Positions 1 through 8,240 of a stretch of DNA of 64,000 nucleotides are shown piece after piece. The notes under the pieces were generated by a model, which was not told the DNA's origin, made no database searches, and worked only from the letters and a program-made list of their open reading frames with translations. Source of the DNA: Harriotta raleighana (taxonomy: Eukaryota); the NCBI GenBank assembly GCA_050575255.1, contig JBNZDD010013634.1, positions 1,469,269 through 1,533,268 of the forward strand, read 5' to 3'. Every line of letters starts with the position of its first letter. The first letter of the stretch is position 1. The position numbers were made by a program, and so were the translations under genes.

Positions 1-166
1 TGGTGATAGAAAGTTTCCTTTTACATTTACCCCTCGTTTAAAATACCTAGTTAGAATAATTTTTTAAAATTCTAATGGAAACATTCTCATCGTTTCATAT
101 TAGACCTTAATAATGCTGTACTTGTGCTTTTAAGTGCACATTAGATTGCTGCATTCATTGAGATTC

Positions 167-251
167 TCCAGAGTTACAAATGATGTTCTCACGATGGTCT
201 TCATAATAAATGTGATGAAATTTCTATATGAAATTAGCTGATGGCTCTGGA
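167..251 (+). ncRNA. SNORD35: Box C/D snoRNA, SNORD35/U35 family, copy 1
   Basis: Terminal stem TCCAGAGTTA/TGGCTCTGGA; box C ATGATG(T) 180-186; guide TCTCACGATGGTCT 187-200, matching the human U35A guide as recalled and complementary to 28S AGACCGUCGUGAGA with one G-U; C' GTGATGA 212-218; box D CTGA 238-241; about 100 nt upstream of a 3' splice site. Confidence 0.9.
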
Positions 252-341
252 TTATTTTGTTGCTTCAAAGTAGAAATGGAGGAGACTTGTTACAAGGTAA
301 CTGATTAAATTGTCTTTGGTTTCTCGCTAGTTTTTTCACAG

Positions 342-410
342 ATGAAGACAAGTGCTTCCTGGCAATTCTGAATTCCATGGGTCTTCAGGAATGCGATGCA
401 GTCTGTACAG
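342..410 (+). other. Predicted non-coding host exon (cassette 1)
   Basis: ttttttcacag|ATGAAG...GTACAG|gtgggc; homologous to 1225-1295, 2174-2249 and 3273-3336. Confidence 0.6.
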
Positions 411-705
411 GTGGGCGTGAAGGCTACTTGTGGTATCCCTGGGTGTTAAATTGTCTGGGTGACCTGTTATTATATGTAAGATTTACTAAACCCTAGCATC
501 GGTAAAGGGATGTACCTTTTTGATAGATATTTCCTTATCTATCAGTACCCTCCTACATTTACCCCTCGTTTGAAACACTTTGCTTGATTGAAATTTAAAT
601 TTGATTGAAACATTTTGTTTATTTAATTCTATATTGGATGGTGTGATGCAATATCCTAAACTTAAAAAGGTATTTACAGTTGACTAGTCATTTCCTTTTT
701 TTTAG

Positions 706-791
706 GCTGAGCTACAAAGCAGACACTAAAAGGCAGCGTCCCGCTGCAGATTTCTGATTTCTTCAGAAAGGCTTGGATACGTGTTCTCCAG
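706..791 (+). other. Predicted unique non-coding host exon
   Basis: Strong pyrimidine-tract acceptor ending tttag at 705 and donor CAG|gtatgt; stops in all frames. Confidence 0.6.
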
Positions 792-929
792 GTATGTAAG
801 AGAAACTCTGTATGTGTTAAGTGTTCCGAGAGACTGCCCTGTGTGAAGGACACAATATAAATGCAAGTGGCTTTCCCATACCACCGATCTCCCCCCCCCC
901 CCCATTCCCGCTCGGGTCCCGACCTGACT

Positions 930-990
930 GTTCAGCGCTTTGGGACGTCCTCCCGACATGAAAGGCGCTATATAAGTGTAATTTAGTTTT
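930..990 (+). mobile_element. L2-type retroelement 3' tail fragment
   Basis: CAGCGCTTTGGGACGTCCTCCCGACATGAAAGGCGCTATATAA; recurs at about 8015-8065(-), 23620-23685(+), 31015-31080(+) and 51455-51510(-). Confidence 0.7.
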
Positions 991-1050
991 TTAATAATAA
1001 TGTACTGGTGTTTATAAGTGCACATTAGATCGCTGCATTCATTGAGAATC

Positions 1051-1135
1051 TCCAGAGTTACAAATGATGTTCTCACGATGGTCTTCATAGTAAATGTGAT
1101 GAAATTTTTATATGATATTAGCTGATGGCTCTGGA
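1051..1135 (+). ncRNA. SNORD35: Box C/D snoRNA, SNORD35/U35 family, copy 2
   Basis: Same architecture: box C 1064-1069, guide TCTCACGATGGTCT 1071-1084, C' GTGATGA, box D CTGA 1122-1125, terminal stem intact. Confidence 0.9.
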
Positions 1136-1224
1136 CTGACTACTTGGTTGATTCAGAGTAGAAACGAAGGAGACTTGTAAGGTAACTCATCAAATTGTTT
1201 TTGTTTTCAGCCGGTTTTTCACAG

Positions 1225-1295
1225 CTGAAGAGGAAAGTTCCATGGTAATATTTCTGAATCAATGGGTCTTCGAGAATGCTAAGCAGTTTGCTCCG
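1225..1295 (+). other. Predicted non-coding host exon (cassette 2)
   Basis: tttttcacag|CTGAAG...CTCCG|gtaagc. Confidence 0.6.
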
Positions 1296-1999
1296 GTAAG
1301 CATGAGGGCTATTTAATCGTGCAGTTTTGCTGAGTATTGAATCATCTGCGTGAACTGGTTTCAGTGTGTGTCGGGTTTACTGACCCCGGCGTCAATAAAG
1401 GGATTTGCTTTCCTACCAAAAAGATATGCAAGCTCTCTCTTGAGATTGTGCATTCACAAAGTGAGATAAGTGGCTCCCTCGGTCAGCATTTGTAAAGATT
1501 CATTGCTTTATTATAAATGAACTAAAAAGAGTTAACTGTTGGAAATAAAATTTTAAACTAGTCTTATTCAATATTTTGAATTCTAGAACAGTTTTTTGGG
1601 TTGACACTTGCATAATAACTCTTAATACCTTTTTTGATCCTTTTTAAAGCACACTTTTTCAAATGCCTAGTCCATTTGCGACAAGATAAATGGTTACGTT
1701 CATTGAATAAGAGAATCAAATGTATTTTTGTAGATCAGTTGCATGGCAGTTTTATTTCATTATTACTTGTGGAAATGGTTTTTATAACTGCTTTGATGAA
1801 GCTGCCCAATGGTAACATCTGGTTAAATAACTGGTGATAGAAAGTTTCCTCTTACATTTACTCATTGCTTAAAACACCTGGTTAGATTAATTTTAAATTC
1901 TAATGGGAGCATTCCTATTATTTCATACCATATTAGAATTAAATAATGCTGTACTGATGCTTTTAAGTGCACATTGGATTGCTGCATTCATTGAGATTC

Positions 2000-2084
2000 T
2001 CCAGAGTAACAAATGATGTTCTCACGATGGTCTTCATAATAAATGTGATGAAATTTCTATCTGAAATTAGCTGATGGCTCTGGG
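2000..2084 (+). ncRNA. SNORD35: Box C/D snoRNA, SNORD35/U35 family, copy 3
   Basis: Box C 2013-2018, guide 2020-2033, C' GTGATGA, box D CTGA 2071-2074, stem CCAGAGT/GCTCTGG. Confidence 0.9.
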
Positions 2085-2173
2085 TTGTTTTGTTGTTTCA
2101 AAGTGGAAATGGAGGAGACTTGTTGCAAGGTAACTGATCAAATTGTTTTGTTTCTGCTAGTTTTTTTTTACAG

Positions 2174-2249
2174 CCAAAGATAAGTGATCCATGGCAATTC
2201 TGAACCTGCAAAATGCTAAGTCTTCGGGAATGCTAAGCAGCTTGTTCAG
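2174..2249 (+). other. Predicted non-coding host exon (cassette 3)
   Basis: T-run acag|CCAAAG...TTCAG|gtgggc. Confidence 0.6.
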
Positions 2250-2794
2250 GTGGGCATGAAGGCTTAATCTTGTGGTTGTCCTGAGTCTGGATGATCTGGT
2301 TTTACTACATGCAAGTGTTACTGACCATTACATCAGTGATGATCAGTAGAGGGTATACATACCATGCTTGCCTATCAGTAGAGAAAATACAAGCTATCAC
2401 ACATCTGTGCTTCCATAAACTGAAAGAGTTGGCTCCCTCTCTGTCAGCTAGGGCAATGACATATTTGTAAAGATACATTGTTTTACTGTAGATGATCTAA
2501 AAAGAGGGACGGTTGGAAATAAAAATCGTTAATTAATCTTCTGTTATTTGTCATTTCAAATTCTAGTACCCAGTTCAGTAATTTAATCTTAAATTTTGTC
2601 CGCAAAACATACAGTCGTTTCACATTACAGAATCTACTGTAAAGCTGTTTGAGATGTCTTGAAAATGTGTGATAAGGCACTATATCAAATACAACAATTA
2701 GTATAACACAATGGCCCTATAATAGATTTTTGTTCATTTTATAAAGTACAATTTTCAAATGCTTAGTTCATATGTAGATTGTGATTGGAAGCAA

Positions 2795-3098
2795 CGCAAG
2801 CGAGACACCTGGGTTCGATTCCCACCAGGGCAAAAGGTTGGGCGAGTTTCCTTTCTCCACACTCCTCTGTTGACCTAGCAGTAAGTAGGAACCTGGTTGT
2901 TATTTCATTGGCAGATTGTGTTTTGGGGGATAATAGTTCCTTAACAGAAAATTGGTCACTTCAAACCGCAGCCGTTTGGGGGGCAATGTTATGTGCAATT
3001 GGTGCCATTTTTTTGCCCATAAAATATATTGTCGATTCACTTTACAGTTTATTCTGTGTAGCTCTTTGAGGCACCTACCTGCAAGGATCATTATTATT
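2795..3098 (+). mobile_element. tRNA-derived SINE, 5'-truncated
   Basis: B box GGGTTCGATTCCC, GGGCGAGTTTCC, central GACCTAGCAGTAAGTAGGAACC, core GTCGATTCACTTTACAG, tail GCAAGGATCATTATTATT. Confidence 0.85.
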
Positions 3099-3118
3099 TG
3101 TGACAAAATATGAGACTA

Positions 3119-3201
3119 TCCAGAGTTACAAATGATGTTCACACGATGGTCTTCATAATACATGTGATGAAATTGTTATTACGTTGACTGATGGCTCTGG
3201 A
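3119..3201 (+). ncRNA. SNORD35: Box C/D snoRNA, SNORD35/U35 family, copy 4 (divergent)
   Basis: Box C 3132-3137, guide TCACACGATGGTCT 3139-3152 (one T>A change), C' GTGATGA, box D CTGA 3188-3191, stem intact. Confidence 0.85.
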
Positions 3202-3272
3202 TTATTTTATTGATTCAAAGTAGAGATGAAGGAGACTTGTTGCAAGCTAACTGATCAAATTGTTTTTCGCAG

Positions 3273-3336
3273 CTGAAGATGAAAGTGCTCCATGGTAATA
3301 TTTCTGAATCCATGGGTCTTCCAGATTGCTAAGCAG
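3273..3336 (+). other. Predicted non-coding host exon (cassette 4)
   Basis: tttttcgcag|CTGAAG...AAGCAG|gtgggc. Confidence 0.55.
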
Positions 3337-4150
3337 GTGGGCATGAGGGCTACTTATTCTTGTAGTTTCCCGAATGTAAAACTGTCTGGGTGACCTGGTT
3401 ACAGTACATGTAAACTTTGCTGACTCATATCTCCAGCGCTTAAATGACTTGCTTCTTCTAGGTTATTTGTAATTTCTTTGGTCTTCAAATCTGTAGCCTT
3501 TGGGGGAAATACTACTACTACATGGCTGCTGGCTCTTCAATTCTGACCAAAATAATTTTGCACTTTATAATTTCTCTGATCATTGGTTAGGAAAAATAAT
3601 GCTATTTGTCCCTGAACTTGGCTATCATCTACAAACATACTTTCCAGCAATTGGGAACAGTGGCTTTTTTTTCCTCTTCTGCCTCATTCTGTCTCAGTCC
3701 TTTTGAGTGGACCAATAATAGCAAAAAGTTCAGTTTGCCGTTTATTTAAAACATTTGGTGTGTTGTATGTTACCAGTTCTCTATTTAACATTCCAACTAA
3801 AAATGGTAAATGAGTCAATTTTCCCTTAACTGTAACCTTTTTTCTCTTCTAGACACCAACTTTGAAGAGGGATTCAATTCAGGGACAAAATGAATTGACA
3901 GCTGTCAATTCATTCAGGACTTCACCTTACTGGGTCATCCAATCATTAAAATGCCTGGGATGCATTTTGATGCATTTGGGTTTGTGAGCTCTTGCCTGGT
4001 TTTTGTACAGCTAGTTTGCTTGTGCTGTAGTTTCACAGCTGAGTCCAGTTGACTGTCTGTCCGATAGCGAAGAATAGTCTTTGTGATTGACTTCAGCTTG
4101 TACAAGAAATCATTTCTAGCTCCTATTGAACTAAATGAGGCCATAATTAG

Positions 4151-4156
4151 AATAAA
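4151..4156 (+). terminator. Polyadenylation signal of the putative host transcript
   Basis: AATAAA about 300 nt after the strong acceptor ttttttctcttctag ending at 3852; GT-rich sequence downstream. Confidence 0.5.
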
Positions 4157-4184
4157 TTTCACTGAGTATTACATATTGGGAGGT

Positions 4185-4460
4185 TTCTTGGTTGTCTGAG
4201 CTGGATTGGCTGGAGCCAGTGAGAGAGCTATGATTGTCCTTGGTGCCTTTGGGCTTCAGAGGGGAAATTAATCAGAATTTCTTCTCTTGATTGCTTTTCA
4301 GTGGGTGCTGCTGGAAACTAAGCATTTTTGGACATTGAGCAAGGCCAATTGGTCTTAATTATCATTCTCCTGGGGCCAAATAGCCTGTTGATACTGCCTG
4401 AAACATGAGGAATGGGTTACGAAAGAGTGTTGTTACTTGTGGAATTGTGTCCCTAGGTGA
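4185..4460 (+). mobile_element. Old interspersed SINE-like repeat (family not assigned)
   Basis: Similar to the reverse complement of about 33300-33430 (GGGAGAGAAAATCAACCAGG..CTCCTGATCGCCATCCAGTGACC..CTTGGAAAGTGCA). Confidence 0.45.
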
Positions 4461-5494
4461 ACTTGGACTTGTGCATATTTCGAAGGAAAGGGGGGATATT
4501 TTCATTGTACTATCTTATATAAGCAGGATTCTGAAGGGGGTGTTGTTGAACCCTTATTTTACCTCACAAATGCTTTGAATACTTTTAGACTTAGTGTTAA
4601 GTTTTGAGTAGAAAGTTCTATTGGACATAAATCACTTTTTGAGTATTTCATATGGTTTACATTGTGAGTTGCTGTCAATTATTCAAGCAGCTATTGACTG
4701 GTTTCTTAAACTGCCTCTAATTGTGGCCCCATTTGTATTACTGAAAACACAAGAAAACTTAAGTCACTATGACATTTACAAATTACTGCAATAACCAAAT
4801 GTCGTATTTTCTCTTGGGGACAGCAAAGATTACTTAAGTAACAAGAAAATTGCTGTTTAAATCTTGAATGGCTGTTGGTAGGTACAACATGAAAGCAAAT
4901 GTAGCTGAAACGTTCATCTATTGTGTCCCAACGGCTTTAGTCCAGATTATTGCATGTTAATATCATTAACCATGTAATGTATGTTAGCACTGCAAGTGCC
5001 AAAGAGCACAATTATATTGCGGTCTCGCTTGAACGGTGGGATATAATAGTACAGATTATAAACACTTTAGAAATACCCATGTTTTACTTGTATATGTTAA
5101 TGTAACTTAAAATTGTATTTTAGCTGGGTGAGAACTGGGTTTGAGGTTGAATCCTGCTTGTTTATTAAACATGGTTTTCTTAAACTCACTGGGTGCTTAA
5201 TTGTGTGATTTTCGGGATCTATGGTGGACGTGAGATGCATTGCACTATCTCTGGTTGAAAGCTATTTTAGTTTTTAACAAACTTTTAAACGCATGCTACT
5301 TACTATATTAAAATTTTCTATGGATTTGTATTATTTGGATAGGTGGCTTATTGTTCGTTCTTACAGTAACAGATCATCTAAACTTAGCTTGTGCTTGCTG
5401 CAAGTTCCTATTGCTGATTAATTTAGCTTGTTTCTATGTTTTGACTGACTAGTGATGAGGGGTTGCATTACTTACATTGCTACAGCGAGGTCTT

Positions 5495-5770
5495 CAGGTA
5501 AGACATTAAATTGAGTTCCTGTCTGCCTGTTCAGGTCAACGTTGAAGATCCTGTGGCACTATTTGAAAGGAGAAGGGAGTTTTCTTGTGTCATAGCCAAT
5601 CCTCGAGACAAAATTGGTCAATCATTTCATCAACATTTGGAAGTCATTGCTTTGTGCAAATTGTTTGTTGTGTTTCTCTACAGTCACTATATTTCACAGT
5701 AAATCCTGTGAAGTAATTTGATCTGTTCTACTGACCAAAGAGATTTTATATCAAATGCAGCAATAATTAC
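5495..5770 (+). mobile_element. Degenerate Deu-domain SINE (SacSINE/AmnSINE-like)
   Basis: GACATTAAATTGAGTTCCTGTCTGCCTGTTCAGGTCAACGTTGAAGATCCTGTGGCACTATTTGAAAGGAG resembles the recalled Deu central domain; L2-like tail ATATCAAATGCA. Confidence 0.6.
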
Positions 5771-6068
5771 AGAAACTTGCAGCACAATGGGGAAAACAGG
5801 AAATATACCATATTTATAAATGTTCACAAAAATGAAAATTAAGTGTTCAATGGGTTATAATTTGCAATTTTATGCTATGTGCGTTGGTTGTTGCACAAAA
5901 GGAATTGCGGGTGTTTTTAATTGTTTGACAATCGTAAAAGTTGCTTCCAATTTCTTGACATATTTACATAATTAAAGCCATTTGTATTTACATCTGTAGT
6001 ACACAACATGCAAACTAAATCCTAATAGGTTGGATTATCTAACCAGTGGGGGGGACACATACAGTTGG

Positions 6069-7993
6069 ACATACAAATGATAGGTGTGGGAGATATGTAT
6101 TTGTATTTCCCTCTGATGGCGATTTGTGATTCCCAGATATGAATTGGTATTGGGGTTAAGGAGCCAGTTTGCTTTTAGGTTCATTATCAACTACCATGGC
6201 ATGAACGTTGGGTTGAGGGAGGATACAGTTTATAATCCGTGTGATCTGCATTTGCGTCTCCAAAGAACTGTCTTGTAACGGTTTGGCTGCTTGTACTCTA
6301 TTTCAAAGCTATTGACCACAATTTGCTATCTGGCTTGTGTTAACAGCATTTAATTAGAACATGGTTCAGATTAATTTTTAATTTAAAAAAAATCATATTT
6401 AGGCCATCTCATTTTCTGGAGATCCAGGAAAGGTAGAAATAAGGTTGGATCAAACTCCCCAACAGCAGGTATGTATTATTTGGTTATGGCTGTTCTGCTA
6501 CTTGTTCAGGTGATGGGAATTAAGTTTCCTCATGACTTGGCGAATCTTCTTGAACAATTCATTATTGGGTTATTTTAGAAACCCACAGCTGATTTTGTGC
6601 CAGGCGATCGGCCAAATTAAAATAGCACCAGTTCAACGGTGCTCGGCAAAGCCAGAAGTCGGGAATCAAATCATCTCGGAAAGCAAAGTGGAGAAGATTT
6701 GTTCAATTGGAGGAAATAGATTAAGCTTGAAAGGAAGCCTGAGATGAAACACTTCCAATTCCCATTTTTGCATTGAACTGGATTGGAGTAATTCTAATTA
6801 ATGATTTCAATGTCTGTCTTATTGAGACTAGCTATGTCTTATCCTGATGCATTACAAGGAACCATGAAATCTGTGAATATGCATACTTGAATAAACTCCA
6901 GTGTTAAGGCTCCCACTTGAAGATTTACTACTGTAGATATTTGGCACTAATTGCACCTAGATGATATTTTTAATTCTGCAAGTTGATTTTGGCAATTGCT
7001 GAATCCTGAGTGTTGTCACTACAACAATATNACATACAAATGATAGGTGTGGGAGATATGTATTTGTATTTCCCTCTGATGGCGATTTGTGATTCCCAGA
7101 TATGAATTGGTATTGGGGTTAAGGAGCCAGTTTGCTTTTAGGTTCATTATCAACTACCATGGCATGAACGTTGGGTTGAGGGAGGATACAGTTTATAATC
7201 CGTGTGATCTGCATTTGCGTCTCCAAAGAACTGTCTTGTAACGGTTTGGCTGCTTGTACTCTATTTCAAAGCTATTGACCACAATTTGCTATCTGGCTTG
7301 TGTTAACAGCATTTAATTAGAACATGGTTCAGATTAATTTTTAATTTAAAAAAAATCATATTTAGGCCATCTCATTTTCTGGAGATCCAGGAAAGGTAGA
7401 AATAAGGTTGGATCAAACTCCCCAACAGCAGGTATGTATTATTTGGTTATGGCTGTTCTGCTACTTGTTCAGGTGATGGGAATTAAGTTTCCTCATGACT
7501 TGGCGAATCTTCTTGAACAATTCATTATTGGGTTATTTTAGAAACCCACAGCTGATTTTGTGCCAGGCGATCGGCCAAATTAAAATAGCACCAGTTCAAC
7601 GGTGCTCGGCAAAGCCAGAAGTCGGGAATCAAATCATCTCGGAAAGCAAAGTGGAGAAGATTTGTTCAATTGGAGGAAATAGATTAAGCTTGAAAGGAAG
7701 CCTGAGATGAAACACTTCCAATTCCCATTTTTGCATTGAACTGGATTGGAGTAATTCTAATTAATGATTTCAATGTCTGTCTTATTGAGACTAGCTATGT
7801 CTTATCCTGATGCATTACAAGGAACCATGAAATCTGTGAATATGCATACTTGAATAAACTCCAGTGTTAAGGCTCCCACTTGAAGATTTACTACTGTAGA
7901 TATTTGGCACTAATTGCACCTAGATGATATTTTTAATTCTGCAAGTTGATTTTGGCAATTGCTGAATCCTGAGTGTTGTCACTACAACAATAT
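6069..7993. repeat. Apparently identical 962-bp direct duplication around a single N (probable assembly overlap)
   Basis: 6069-7030 matches 7032-7993 with N at 7031; identical ORFs at 6532 and 7495, offset 963. Confidence 0.95.
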
Positions 7994-7994
7994 A

Positions 7995-8240
7995 ACAATT
8001 TTTTATTTATATATTATATTTATATAGCGCCTTTCACGTCAGGAGGACGTCCCAAGGCGCTGTACAGTCAAGTGGGGGGAGGGGGAAAAAAAGTAGGAAA
8101 AACTGACTATATTTGTGGGCGATAATAATTATTGGTAACAATAATCCTTGCATTTGATATAGCTCTTTGTGTCACATTTTTGAACTGGCTCAAAGTGCTT
8201 CACAGTGTACTGCGAAGTCAATTGACTATTTTGTGGTATT
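7995..8240 (-). mobile_element. L2-type tail plus SINE 3' fragments
   Basis: TTTATATAGCGCCTTTCACGTCAGGAGGACGTCCCAAGGCGCTG and AATAATCCTTGCATTTGATATAGC...CTTCACAG. Confidence 0.75.

Larger units (their letters stand above)
1..3430 (+). repeat. Degenerate tandem array of about 0.9-1.1 kb cassettes (4 visible)
   Basis: Blocks recur at similar offsets: snoRNA, GGAGACTTGT..AAGGTAACTGAT, exon, GTGGGCATGA..GGCTA; tggtgatagaaagtttcc occurs at 1 and 1833. Confidence 0.9.
1..4180 (+). ncRNA. 3' part of a putative non-coding snoRNA host gene (SNHG-like); 5' end lies outside the window
   Basis: Predicted exons flanked by polypyrimidine-AG and GT: 342-410, 706-791, 1225-1295, 2174-2249, 3273-3336; terminal exon from 3853 with AATAAA at 4151-4156. 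The homologous exons are 69, 71, 76 and 64 nt long (frame not preserved), and exon 706-791 has stops in all three frames. Confidence 0.65.

Noticed and set aside
271-296. Possible micro-exon (aag|TAGAAATGG..ACAAG|gtaact) repeated in each cassette
   Set aside because: It would leave an intron of about 45 nt and place the snoRNA too close to the acceptor; TAACTGAT is better read as the branch-point region; copy 4 lacks the GT
495-560. Hairpin (TGATAGATA/TATCTATCA with GTAC stem) followed by ACA-TTT, resembling the 3' half of an H/ACA snoRNA
   Set aside because: No ANANNA H box directly upstream, no two-sided pseudouridylation pocket, and the hairpin is not preserved in the other cassettes
167-3201. 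Repeats as a CRISPR array or as SNORD115/116 homologues
   Set aside because: Eukaryotic spliced context with kb-scale units; the guide matches U35/28S rRNA, not SNORD115/116
6532-7710. Two identical 71-aa ORFs suggesting a gene duplication
   Set aside because: They arise from the gap-associated 962-bp duplication; no recognisable protein similarity
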